Source of the DNA: Octopus sinensis
Taxonomy: Eukaryota
Direction: 5' to 3'
Assembly (NCBI RefSeq): GCF_006345805.1
Contig: NC_043014.1
Coordinates: 35,154,001-35,218,000 of the forward strand
Length of the DNA stretch: 64,000 nt
The position numbers and the translations under genes were made by a program. Of this stretch, positions 38,174 to 51,800 are shown piece after piece. The notes beneath the pieces were generated by a model. That model was given only the letters and a program-made list of their open reading frames with translations. It did no database searches and had not been told where the DNA came from. How positions within the stretch are numbered: the first letter of the stretch is position 1; the number at the start of each line of letters is the position of its first letter.

Positions 38174-38329
38174 TAATGGGATTAGTTTTCCAAGATGAAT
38201 CTCAGAGGTTTAAAGTTTGTTGGAAGCTGTCAATTTGTACGTGACAGCATGAGTTGTCAACTGAAAACAAATGAAAATATATAATTCTGAAATATTAAAA
38301 ATAAAGTATTTTTTCCAATCACCGGTGTG

Positions 38330-38570
38330 GCTTACATTTTATGGTAAGTTATAACGAGGCCAGTGGGAAAATAAGTTGGAAAACACTGGAATAGTCTATG
38401 CCAACTGAGTTATTTCCCTTCAGTGATTTATTTAATAATAAACAACATTCCTCATCGGAAACTAACAATTATTCTTCACCGGCAACTACAGTTATCTCCC
38501 TTGTGTATGTCATCCCTGATCTCGTCAAATGTTATCCATCTCTAAGTAGGAAAACAGCAACGTAAGTCTT
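38330..38570. promoter_or_regulatory. Candidate bidirectional promoter with outward-facing first-exon donors
   Basis: Minus donor AAAT|GTAAGC (exon boundary 38336) and plus donor CAAC|GTAAGT (exon boundary 38561) in unique sequence; CCAAT and CGGAA motifs nearby. Confidence 0.35.
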
Positions 38571-38849
38571 ACTGTTGTGTTTGTATTGTTTATTATTTTT
38601 ATTAATTGTTCTTATAATAACTGTTATTTTATGTCTCTTTATCTCATTGTCTTTCGTTTAGTGATTTTATTTTCACCTCTTCACGTGTCTTTTTCTATAA
38701 CCTTGACTAAAATCACGCACTTGGGTTCTGCTGTAGTTTTGTTCTAATCAGACACCGGTGTCTTATTACTTACTACACAAGTTTTGTTTCAACAAAACAT
38801 CCGATATTACTAAGAATTTAGTTTTAGCAACACTCAGATCTTGTTACGT

Positions 38850-39158
38850 GAAGGCGCCCTGCTTACTGGTTAGAGTATTCGACTCACGTTCGATTCCCGA
38901 CGATGCGTTGTGTCCTTGAGCAATACACTTTATTTCACGTTGCTTCTGTCCATGCAGCTGGCAAAAATTAGTAGTACCAGTAGTTCAAAGAGCCATCTTT
39001 GTCACACTCTGTGTCATGCTGAATCTCTCTGAGACCTAAGTTAAGGGTACACGTGTCTGTGGAGTGCTCAGCCACTTTGCACGCTAATTTCACAAGCAGA
39101 CTGTCTGTCCCGTTGATCAGATTAACTGGCACCTCGTCGTCGTAACCGACGGAATGCC
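38850..39158 (+). mobile_element. tRNA-derived SINE family E
   Basis: TGTGTCCTTGAGCAATACACTTTATTTCACGTTGC block shared with 31370-31490(-), 53845-54070 and 59690-59920. Confidence 0.75.
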
Positions 39159-39418
39159 GGTACTATTTAAGAAAAGTGGTCCCAGTACGCGCACTCGCGC
39201 ATCCACGCTAGCTAGTCGTGACTAGTCGATCCCTACTTTGTGTTTGTGTTTTATTTACTTTGTTTATAAAAAATATTTACTTTGTGTAAAACAATTATTT
39301 ATTTTGTGTTTTAAAATAAAACACATTGCTAGGTAGTCGTTGTAGAATCGACTAGTCACGACTAGCTAGCGCGGATGCGCAAGTGCGCGCACCGGGACCA
39401 CTGTTCTTAAATAGTACC
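39159..39418. mobile_element. MITE with ~75-bp TIRs and 9-bp TSD (Merlin-like)
   Basis: GGTACTATTTAAGAA..GACTAGTCGAT and ATCGACTAGTC..TTCTTAAATAGTACC; TSD CGGAATGCC at 39150-39158 and 39419-39427. Confidence 0.9.
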
Positions 39419-39599
39419 CGGAATGCCGAAAGATCTTATTTCACAGATTTCCTTTCCTGAGTTTTCAAAACTTAGAATTTATTTCTTTATCTATTTTTTA
39501 AAAATATCAGTTTCTTCGTCTTGGTCATCATCAGTTTTTAATAACTTTACCCTTTTTTGTAATCTTATAGTATGGGGGATTTAAAAAAAGTAAATAAAA

Positions 39600-40200
39600 A
39601 TTAAATGGGAAGTAATTTTTGCCGTGATGTCTGTGACGTTTGGCTACAACAAAACCCAATGGAAATCTGCGGTGTTGATGGTAATGGGCGACCACTAGTT
39701 GTGGAAATTGATGGAAGTAGGTTTCTTCATCGAAAATATCATCGCTGTGCGTGGCACCCTGGTCATTGGCTTTTCAGTGGCATCGAAAGAATTAAAAAAA
39801 AAGTGCATCCTAGTTGAAGTAGCTGACCGTACTTAGCAGACCTTATCTGCCGTGATTGAACGAACGTTGGATTCTCCCAGGGTGTCACATAGTGAATGAT
39901 GGCTGGTGATCCTATAACAACAGTGAAAGCCTAAATGGTGGTGTGTACACTCACGAAGTGATTGTGCAACAAGAGAACTTTGTTGATCCGGCAAATAAGG
40001 ACGTTAATACACAAAATGTGAAAAACGTGGAATCGTGTTAAAAGAGAATTACGACGTTTATTTGGGGTTAATATAAAGATCTTTGCCCGTTAACAAAAAG
40101 AATATATTAACCCTATTTGGAACGTCAGATGATTTGCTCGCGTCATATTTACACGAATTTATATGGAGGAATTCTGTACCGAAGAGAAAAACATTTATTC
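39600..40200 (+). mobile_element. Merlin/IS1016 (ISXO2-type DDE) transposase remnant
   Basis: VVEIDGSRFLHRKYHR..GHWLFSGIER; H.V.DGW.SY; ENFVDP..NTQN; SYLHEFIWRN across several frames. Confidence 0.85.
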
Positions 40201-40645
40201 ACTTTTTGGTTACTATATCCAGTGTCTTAAGTTGTTTGACAAAAAGTTTACTTATTTATCTCCCCTTGTTATTTCTCCATTAATTTATTTTTTTTTATTT
40301 AATTCTCCTATACTAAAGGATTACCCTTCGTTGTTCGTTCAATCCCAGATAAGTTTCCATTTTCAAATGATATATGTCTCTCAATAACTACGCCACGCAT
40401 ACGCTATTTCAGTGTTGCTGTGTAGTCTCTTATGGGTACTGATGAAGTGAGAACCTCCGCAGGCGCGGCTGTGTGGTATGAAACTTGCTTCCCAACAATA
40501 TGGTTCCGGATTCAGTCCCATTGCGCGGCACCTTGGGCAAGTGTCCTCTGCTATAGCCTCGGACCGACCAAAGTCTTGAATTGATTTGCTTGACGGAAAC
40601 TGAAAGAAGCTAGTCGTATATGTATATATTTATGTGTGTCTGTTT

Positions 40646-40871
40646 GCCCCTATCCCCGTTTGGGGTTTTGGATAGAAAATTCACAAAACCGTCACTTCTA
40701 TTGATTTTTTAATGGCATTGCGGGGTGACTGGGGAAATGTAAAGATGTGCACGACCACCCTCAGACGGTTTTGAATGACCATAGAAAGTGCGAGCCCTCT
40801 AACTGAAAAACTGTGGATTTGTATAAAGGACACACACACAGACAGACATTTTGCCGTTTATATATAGAGAG
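40646..40871 (-). mobile_element. Non-autonomous Helitron/DINE-like fragment
   Basis: Reverse complement begins TCTCTATATATAAACGGCAAAATGTCTGTCTGTGTG, the typical 5' end of these elements. Confidence 0.45.
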
Positions 40872-41406
40872 ATGTGTATGTATGTATCTGTTTGTTTGTA
40901 TCTCTCTCTCTTCGTAATTTGTAATACTGATTGTTTTTGTGCTTGTAAGTTACTGGTTCAACAAAATTGTGAACAATAGAATAAGTACTAAACTTAAATA
41001 AGTACTAAGGGTGAATTTGATTGACTTTTTTTAGAATTCTCTTTTTAATGAAATCATTTCTAGACCAGGTGGTGTGTTGTGTTCTTGGGCAAAACACTTC
41101 ATCCTATGTTGCTCTGCAATCACTTTGACACCTGGTGTGTAGTACACCGTGCACCTGTTCAGGTAATGTCGATTTGATGGAAGGAGGGAGCTAATATACT
41201 GCACATACATTTGATCACTATTAACAAATCATTTGTACAAGCCGTTCAGCAAAAGCTGAACACTATTACATCATCTTCGATGGGAGAGTCCATCACATAT
41301 ATGTAAGTCTTTGCTTAAAGCACAACATTCTCTGTTCCATCCTAGATTAATCCCTGCATTTAAATCAATATACTATTTACGTCTTTATCTTTCAGATATC
41401 ATCACA

Positions 41407-41527
41407 ATGAGGATAACAGTTGTTGTATGTGCTCTACATCGTGGGCCATTGATCAAGAGACTCTGGAAAACTCGTGGCAGATTTGTGGAACCACAGAGAG
41501 TCATACCAAAACCGTTATTAAAATCTA
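41407..41527 (+). CDS. MRPL37: mL37 first coding exon (exon starts at 41396)
   Basis: ttatctttcAG|ATATCATCACA ATG..; MRITVVVCALHRGPLIKRLWKTRGRFVEPQRVIPKPLLKS, basic and targeting-peptide-like; donor A|GTAAGG. Confidence 0.85.
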
Positions 41528-44500
41528 GTAAGGCATGAATTTCTTGTTGTTTAACCCTAGGTTGATCCTGATTGAGCTGATCTATGATAAAAGGCATAAC
41601 AACTGTGACCATCTTTTCTTCTACTCCATCTCTCCTCACACTCATATGAAATGTACCCCTCTGTCCTCTGTTGCCCACTCACCCAATCCAATACACTGTA
41701 CCACTTCCCTTATATTCACCCCCTGCTCCGTACTTTGAGATTATATTCTGACACATCTCCCATCATACTTTCTCTGTCTCTCTCTCTTTTCCAACTAGGG
41801 TAGCCATGTTTCTTTTCTATAGCGAGACATCTATCTCTAACCTTGTATTATACTTTTTAACCTCTCATCAACTGGCACAAAACCACCTCCCTCAATACCA
41901 TTCCCCCTCTTTGTTCACTGGTCTTTATCTTGCAAGTTACTTGGTGACGTTGCCAGTGCTGGTGCCAGTTAAAAGTTACCCTGTGCACTCTGTAAAGTGG
42001 CCGGAGTTAGGAAGGACATTCAGCTATAGAGACCATGCCAAAACATTCAGTAGAGATTGGTACAGTCCTCTGGCTTGTCAACTCCTGTCAAACTGTCCAA
42101 CTCATGCCGTCATGGAAAACAAACATTAAATAATGAGGATGATGAGTGTTCTTTCAATTACATTATTCAATGTGTATATTTTTTTAAGACAGCTGAGCAT
42201 AGTTTGAGAGCAATTTCACTGTCTTTTCTAGAACATTGACTAACCATATAGACATTCATTGGCTGAGATTTATTGTTGCTGTCTGATTACCAAAAAATTA
42301 GGTTATCTGTATTGACAGGTGAAATCAGTTTGTTTGAAAACTTCAAACAAAACCTTGTTAGCATGTGAATCCATGAGACACTGCTAAGTTAACGAACCAA
42401 AGCTACTTTCTCTAAACCAAACCATTAAAACATACTTTTGTTAGATCTGCAATGCTGCATAATAGTAAGGTGTGGGCCTTGAATGTAGATGATTTGGGAA
42501 TATTTGAAAGAAAAGAAGCCAGTATGTTTTGAAAGGCATATAATGTTAATGTGCATGAATGCCAGAGTACATATGAATTGAGTGAAAAGTTGGATGTAAG
42601 AGGAATTAGGATTAGAGATGAGAGCAGGCTGCATAAGGAAGTGCCATACACTCCAAGTTAGTGAAACCTTTGGAAGAGGGAGACCAAGGAGGATTTGCAG
42701 CAAAATGGTGAAGGCTGACCTGAAGATGTTGCATCTCATGGAGGAGATGACAAAGGACCGTACTGATTGGTGGTATGTGGTACTGCAGAAGATCCAATGA
42801 GTAGGTATAGATTTCCAAAGTAACATGTGGTAAGATGCATGCTTCCCAATCACATGGTTCTGGTTTCAGTCTGACTGCACGGCACCTTGAGCAAATGCCT
42901 TCTACTATGGTCTTGGGCTGACTGAAGCCTTGTGAGTGGATTTGGTTGATGGAAACTGAAAAAAACCCATTATATATATATACATACACACACACACACA
43001 CACATATTGTTCGTGTGTATCTTTGTGTCAGTGTTTGTCCCCCACCATAACTTGACAACCAGTGTTGGTGTGTTTATGTCCTTGTAAATTAGCAATTCGA
43101 GAAAAGCGATCAGTGTCCTCCATGGAAAAATGTACCTCAGCACAAGGATAGTGCTTGGAATCTATGATATATTTTTTGTTTCTTATGAAGCCTGCCTTTA
43201 GTGTGCCTTCACCTTGCACCCTCACTCTTTCTCATCTACCTATTACTCACTCCCTCTCCAATCTCCTGTCTCCTCATCACTCATAATCAACCATCATGTG
43301 TGCTGACCACACTGCCCATTTCACTTTACTCTGACCCTCATCCTTCACAAGGCCCACATACAAGAGACTGCATTGGATTAACCTCATCCTCTCTACTCAA
43401 CACATTAACTTTATACTACTGTACTCCCAGCCAGCACTCTCTCCCCTGGGTCACTTGTTTTATCACTTAATATTTTCTCTTGCTGTTATCTAATCACCTA
43501 TCCTTACCTTTGCTAATCACACCTCTTCTCACTCCCTCCCCCAATATCCTTTCCTTTTTCCCCAGCATACTCTTAATCCTTCCATTCTCCCACCAATTCT
43601 GGTCCTTCTGATGTCTTGCTATTACTCTCTCTCTCTCTCTATCTCTCCTATTCTTCACAGTCATCTAAACGAATTATTCCAAAGATTATTGTGTATTCTC
43701 TACACTCCTATCCCCATTCTCAACTATTCATTTCTAGTTTCTTTGCTGTTATTTTGCCCTCTCCTATTCCCCTTTGTGGTCTGTGAGTACTTTCTACAGT
43801 TATTGCATATATCATACCCCATCTCCTTTGCTGGCATTATGGAAAAACATGCTGCATTCTTTTTACAGGTGAATGGTGAGTGAGGCTACCTCCCTAGTGG
43901 TAGTGCCACACAAATATCCTTTGGTAGCAGCAGCCATGGCAAATGTGCCTTCATAATTTGGTATAGAAGGCGATGAGCTAGCAGAAACGTTAGCACGCTG
44001 GGCGAAATGCTTAGTGGTATTTCGTCTGCCGTTACGTTCTGAGTTCAAATTCCGCCAAGGTCGACTTTGCTTTTCATCCTTTCGGGGTCGATAAATTAAG
44101 TACCAGTTACGCACTGGGTCGATGTAATCAATCTAATGTCCTTGTATGTCCCCTCTATGTTTAGCTCCTTGTGGGCAATAAAGAAATAATAATTTTGTAT
44201 AGACTTGATCATCATCATCATCATATGTCTGTATTCCATGCTGACATGGGTTGGACAGTTTGACTGGAGCTGGTAAGGCCAAGGGTACACAAGCCTCCAT
44301 TGTTCTGGCATGGTTTTTATGGTGGGATGCCCTTCCTAACACCATTCATTCCACAGAGTATACTTGGTGCTTTTTATGTGGCACCAACGCTTCTACACAA
44401 TAAAGCCTTTGTTCTCTCTAACACACAGTTTCACTATCCTGCAGACTTCATGCCTATCTCTCTCTCTCTCTCTGATCCTCACTTTACAGAACATGTGCAA

Positions 44501-45309
44501 ATCTCTTCCTCTCTGCTTCTTTCTTAGCCAAGTATGTTTTACACATAGCTGCCCTTGTAGCAACATGACAATGTTCTCTATTACCACTTTCCTCAGACTT
44601 TCTGAGCCTGTCTCCTAGCTTTTACAGCTCAGTTTTTTGTCATTTCACTACTACAACATACACTTGTTTGTGTGTTAATTTTGAATCCATGTATATATAT
44701 GTGGACACCTGTGATTATTATACTACACATATCACTCTCTATCTATCAACAGATGTAGAGATCATAGACCCATGTGCGAAGCCAAAGTTACCTCCATGGG
44801 AACCTCCTGTGAAAGATGACATCAGATGGTGGAAGCCACCTCCTCTGGAAGAGCAGGACAACTATCATAAAGACCCCATGTACTTGTACTTTCAGAAATG
44901 TCGGCTTCTGGAAGGTATCATCCTTTTTTTTTTTTTGGTGGGAGTTTGTTTATTGATTCACAACTGTGTTTAGGGTTTTGTGGTGGATGTTGTTAACACC
45001 AGGTTAACACCTGGTCTAGCAGACTTATGATCAAAGATATTTTAATCATCATCCTTTCCTTTATATAGACATTGTGTGTTTAAGACTACAGTAATGTCTT
45101 CTTCCTTTTTAAAGAGGAATGTTGATATAATAGATTACTGGTTAGGCGTAGGAGTGGCTGTGTGGTAAGAAGCTTGCTTACGAACCACATGGTTCCTGGT
45201 TCAGTCCCACTGCGTGGCACCTTGGGCAAGTGTCATCTACTATAGCCTCGGGCCAACCAAAGCCTTGTGAGTGGATTTGGTAGACGGAAACTGAAAGAAG
45301 CCCGTCGTA

Positions 45310-45368
<59 letters not shown>

Positions 45369-45866
45369 GTATGTGTATATGTTTGTGTGTCTGTGTTTGT
45401 CCCCCAACATCGCTTGACAACCGATGCTGGTGTCCCCGTAACTTAGCGGTTTGGCAAAAGAGACCGATAGAATAAGTACTAGGCTTACAACGAATAAGTC
45501 CTAGGGTCGATTTGCTCGACTAAAAGGTGGTGCTCCAGCATGGCCACAGTCAAATGACTGAAACAAGTAAAAGAGTAAAGAGTAAGTCTTGGGACTGGTT
45601 CAAATCAACTGTATCTTCCATCATCATTGGTAGCTTTTTTTTTAAAGGCATTATTGTTTAGTCTCAAGTTGGTTCTTATTAAGTAGGCCTATGTGAATGG
45701 ATTTAAACCATTATCTTACAATATCTTAATTAACGCTAATTTAAATTATATACTTATCCTGACAGGTTTGAAGCAAGCACGGATTCTTACCAAGTGTGCA
45801 CAATTCCCAGGATTTCCTCCTGATTTGAAAGAGAAAATTGGTAAAGTAACAATTCCAAACCAGGTA

Positions 45867-45898
<32 letters not shown>

Positions 45899-48800
45899 TT
45901 TTATTATTATTATTATTATTATTACAATTATTAAGAAGGTGGTGAGTTGGCAGAATCGTTAGCACACAGGCAAAATCCGTAGTGGCATTTCATCAGTCTT
46001 TACATTTTGAGTTCAAATTCTGCCGAGGTTGACTTTGCCTTTCATCCTTTTGAGATTGTTAATATAAGTACCAGTTGAGTACTGGAGTCGATATAATCAA
46101 CTATCCACCTCCAGCAAAAGGTCTACTATAGGCCTTGTGCCTATAGCCTATAGTAGAAAGGATTATTATTATTAAAATTTTAAAAAAATATTTGTACATT
46201 AGCACAATTGGTAGAGTGTACTACTACTGCTACCATCACTTCTTTTCCTTTCCTCCTCCTCCTCCTTCTCCTCTTCCTACTGCTGCTGCTGCTGCTACTA
46301 CTACTACTACTACTACTACTACTTTAACAACAAATGGAAATGGTAGAGTGCCAGAGAAAATACTTTATGGAATATCATTACATTCCTTTACATTCTCAGC
46401 TTAATGCTCTTGGGCTAAGTTTTATTTTTCATTTTTCAAGATAAATAAAATTAGTACCAGGTCAGTGACAGCATTGATTAAATTGACAGTAACCCGTTCA
46501 CCAAAGTTTCTGAGTCTGTGCTAAAGTTAGAAATCATTATCATTGGACCTAAGAATTAACAGTTTGTTTTGAACAACATGGTTTCAGATTCAATTCCACT
46601 CTGTGGTGCGTTATCTTTTATAGTAACCTCAGACTGACCAAAATCACATGAGTGGAATGTAGTAGAAAGAAGGGATCTTTTTGGTTTGAACGGCAGTTTT
46701 TTTTAGCGGTGTCATATGAAATTGTCACCCATAATTAGGAGTGGCTGTGTGGTAAGTAGCTTGCTAACCAACCACATGGTTCCGGGTTCAGTCCCACTGC
46801 GTGGCATCTTGGGCAAGTGTCTTCTGCTATAGCCCCGGGTCGACCAATGCCTTGTGAGTGGATTTGGTAGACAGAAACTGAAAGAAGCCTGTCGTATATA
46901 TGTGTATGTGTGTGTGTTTGTCCCCCTAGCATTGCTTGACAACCGATGCTGGTGTGTTTACGTCCCCGTACCACTTAGCGGTTCAGCAAAAGAGACTGAT
47001 AGAATAAGTACTGGGCTTACAAAGAATAAGTCCCGGGGTCGATTTGCTCGACTAAAGGCGGTGCTCCAGCATGGCCGCAGTCAAATGACTGAAACAAGTA
47101 AAAGAGTAAAGAGAGAGATCTATTGCATTTCAATCTATTTTAGGGTTAGGGTGGGGGGAAGCGTATCTTTTTTTCTTCAGAAATGTAAATAAACCCAATC
47201 TGTTTGTTAAATGAGGGACATATTCATACGGCACAGAATGTTTTTTTTACCTCAGTGGACGTCATCGATTGGTTGAAATTGCAGAAATTGAAGAAAAAAA
47301 ACAACAAATATTTCACAAACTAGAATTTTCTCAATAAAGCCAAGAGGAAAAGATGTTTTATAAACACATTCTACCAGTGTACGAAGTTAAAAATTTTTTA
47401 GTTACCTAGAAATTATGTTAAAGACTGCCATTCAAATCGAAAAGATTCAAAAGAAGCTGTCTTGTAGTCAAGTTTTCTGTAGTAGGAAACACTTGCCCTA
47501 GGCGTCATACCATAAGACTTAACTTGGAACCATGTGGTTGGAAAGCAAGCTTATTATACTGCCATTCCTGCACATATAGCAGGAAAAAAATCCCAAATTA
47601 TGTTATTATGTTGTTATTTCTTATTTCTTTACTGCCTACAAGGGGCTACACACAGAGGGCACAAACAAGGACAGGCAAACGGATTAAGTCGATTACATCG
47701 ACCCCAGTGCGTAACTGGCACTTAATTTATCGACCCTGAAAGGATGAAAGGCAAAGTTGACCTCGGTGGAATTTGAACTCAGAACGTAGCGGCAGACGAA
47801 ATACTGCTAAGCATTTCGCCCGGTGTGCTAATGTTTCTGCCAGCTCGCTGCCTTCAACTAATGTTGTCATTTCTGGTCAACAACTCATCCTCTAGCTCTG
47901 TACTTTTCAATGCAAACGGAATGAAAACAACCCTTATTTGAAAACTGTTTAACTCTTTAGCATTTAAACTGGCCATATCTGACTCAAATATTCCAGCAGT
48001 TTTATTCAAACTGGCAAGATTCAGCATCTTATACCTACCCTGCAATGTCAGTCTAAAACTATACAAACACAAGATAATGCATGATTAATTCAAAACAATA
48101 TGAATAAATAATCATTACACATGACAAAGTAATCTGAACACAATCTCAACGCATGGCTCGCCACTTCATCCTACATGGATATCCCCTCACAACTATTCAC
48201 AATGCCCTTGCCAGAGCACGTTCCATGGACCATGCATCTGCTCTCTCCCCCCCCACACCCACCCTGCTGTCACCCGTCTCCCGTTTTCCCTCACCTACCA
48301 CCCCTCCTCCCTACCTCTCCAACGCTCCATTCTCCGAGCCTTCCACCGACTCCAGTCCGACCCCCTCCACTTCGCACATCATCTCCAACTGACCCCTCCC
48401 CTCCTTTGAGAACCTGTAACCAACTATGCTATTGCTCAAGTAAAAGATAAAAGAAATTAGATTGTCTTAGCCTTGGAAAGTAGAGATAACTGGGTAGAGT
48501 TTGGGTTGTTATGGTTTCAATTGTTTGTTTGATATCAATAATACAGCTAATGTCTTTTCTATTTGAACTTAGGACCTTCTAGTACAACGTAACATAATGT
48601 TCTCTCAAGTCTGGCACAGCAACTATAAAAAGCTACCGAAAAGAATTGACAAATCGAAACCCGGTTTTAAATTCTCACGTGAATATGGCATCCCCGGTTT
48701 ACAGGCCTCGTAAGTGTATCAGTCTTTTTGCTTCCTTGTTTGTTGTATTGACCCTTTTTCCTAGCTTGTTGAGTCCCTCTGACCCATGAGCCAAAGCAGT

Positions 48801-51800
48801 AAGGGTGCTGTTATGTAGTTACCTGATTTACTCCTTGTAGCAGCAAGCAAAGCTCCTTGCTTTAAACTTTGAATCACACACATGCCAGTGACAAAGCTAT
48901 TATGCAGTCACTAAACCTATTAGATTTATCCATTAAGCTTTCCTTAAAACATTTATATCTTTTACTTGACCTGCTTAATTGAACAACAAAATCTCCTTCA
49001 GTAATTTTCCTGCTGTCTTCAAAATACAGAGGCTACATGAGTTAGTGAGAGAGTTTGTATGTAATAGTTAAGACTTGCTCCACACAACTGCTAAATCTGT
49101 CTCTGCTGTTTTAAAACAAAGGACATATGAACAACTAAGGCTCATATGAATTTTGGACCCAGGTCAGCCTTGATTGAACTAATTTATGATAAAAGATAAT
49201 TCCAGCTGTGACCAACTGCTCTTTCTTCAAGACACAGTGAACTCCTGATGACATTACCCAACATATCCTTTTTTTCTAAGATGGTAGGGTGTGATCTGAG
49301 GGAAACTTGGTTGCTTTTTCTTTTGCTCAAGCTATTTAATTGCTTGATTTACTTAATGTAACAACCATAGTATGACTGTCTCTGCCGCATTCTTTGCTGC
49401 TGACGCATTGATTGGGTTCCTACAGCCAGTCCTCGTCATCACCTGAATCTCCAGTCCCTCCCTTCGGTGCTTCTGCAACGGCGCTTAAGGTGGTTCGGTA
49501 ATGCGGCCTGGTGTCCAGAGGGTGAACTGATTCACGATGTCCTCCTCCCACCTCCACTTCCCAACTGGCGCAAACGCATGAGCGGGCAGTCTAATGGCTG
49601 AAACAAAACAAGTAAAAGACACTATCCACTACAGTATTTCCCACTATCATACAACGTGACACTAAAGCAAAATCTTTTTCAAATTATACCTGACCATCTA
49701 AAAAAAGGACACATTAGACCAGTCATTCTCGACTGGGGTCCTTATGGCCTTTGGGGGATCCACATAAGATTTGTTGTTAAAATTTGTCTGCAATAAATTG
49801 GTTATACTTCTAAAATATACAAAATATTTAGAAGTTTTTTTTTTAATACAATTCTTCATAATATTTAATTCTAAGAAATATATGATTTATTTTAAACATC
49901 AAATGGCTAGGAGGGTCCATCCGAGTAAAATTGTAAAATAAGTGGCACATCTGTGCCGGTGGCACGTAAAAAGCACCCACTACACTCACGGAGTGGTTGG
50001 CGTTAGGAAGGGCATCCAGCCGTAGAAACATTGCCAGATCAGACTGGGCCTGGTGCAGCCTTCTGGCTTCCCAGACCCCAGTTGAACCGTCCAACCCATG
50101 CTAGCATGGAAAGCGGACGCTAAACGATGATGATGATGATGAATCAAAGGATTCCATAAGTAAAACAAAATTGTTGAGTAACATTGCATTACACAATAGT
50201 GTATGGTCTGCAAAAATGGAAGGAATTATTATAATGCCATTGATCATAGGTCTCCTTGGTTAGAGAAGACCTGAATTTATACAGCAACATCACTTTGTTG
50301 CATACTACATACTACATCACATTGAATTCTGTCAGACTACACTGTATCAATACAAACCACATAATATACCAGACTACCATATACTAATAAAAAACTGAAC
50401 TACTTTTCATTGTATTATATCATATAATATTACCTTCATTTTCTCTCCCTTTTTCTCTGTTTCAGGCAATTATTGTTATCTAACCTGCTACGTCTGTGTA
50501 ATACTCAGACCAAAATCTTTCCTGACATTCTCACCGATTACCAACTTGTCAAGAGCTCTTTTCTTCGTAGCCACATAACATATGGTATGTAATACTTTTA
50601 ATGTGTTGTATATGCATGTATATGTATGTGTAAATGTCAGCCTGCACACACACATGTATGTATGTATGTATGTATGTATGTGTGTATATGTATGTACATT
50701 TGTATACCTGTGTATATGTAAGTATATGTGTACATGTATGTGTGTACATATTGTACATGTATGTGTGTTCTTTTATTCTTTTACTAGTTTCAGGCATTTG
50801 ACTGTGGCCATGCTGGAGCACCGCCTTTAGTCAAACAAACTGACCCCAGGACATATTCTTTGTAAACCTAGTAGTTATTCTGTTGGTGTCTTTTGCTGAA
50901 CTGTTAAGTTACAGGGATGTAAACACACCAACATTGGTTGTCAAGCGATGGCAGAGGGACAAACGCAGACACAAAAATACACACACACATACATATGATG
51001 GGCTTCTTTCACTTTCCATCTATCAAATCCACTCACAAGGCTTTGGTCAACCCAAGGCTTTAGTAGAAGACACTAGCCCAAGGTGCCATGCAGTGTGATT
51101 GAACCCAGAACCATGTGGTTGGGAAGCCAGCTTCTTACCACACAGCCACTCCTGTATAAATGTCTACATGTACTATATATGCATAATTGTATGTATACAT
51201 GTGTGTGTTTAAGAGTTAATCAACATTTCAAAATTATTTCGTCCATCTTTACATTTAGAGTTTGAATTCTGCCAAGGTCAGTTTTGCCTTCCATCCTCTT
51301 GGGGTTGATAAAATAAGTACTAGTTGAGCATTGGGTTCAATGTAATTAACTTACCCCTGCCCCTGTAATTGCTGGCCTTGTACCAGAATTTGAAACCATT
51401 ATAACTTGACATAAGGACAAACATTAATATATACATATATATTCTCTGCTGGATGTGTAATGTCAGTGTGCATACACAAAGTGAGAAAAAGGTGGGACAT
51501 AAGAAGCATCAGTTCTGGTGTGCAAGAGAGATGACTGTACTGATATGATCACAGTGGAGAGAACCTGTTGCACCTAGGAAGACATGGGATGAGGTGGTGA
51601 AGCATGACCTTCAAATGTTGGGCCTTACAGAGGCATTGACAAGCAACGGAGGCCATTGGAGGTAAGCCGTGCTTGATAAGACCTGGCAAGCTAAGTGAGA
51701 TCGTAGTCATGGCTGATGTTAGTGTTGCATAACTGACCCATTTAAAAGCACCCTTCAATCATTGGGCAATTTGTTGCACTTGTGATGACCTGTTGAACTG

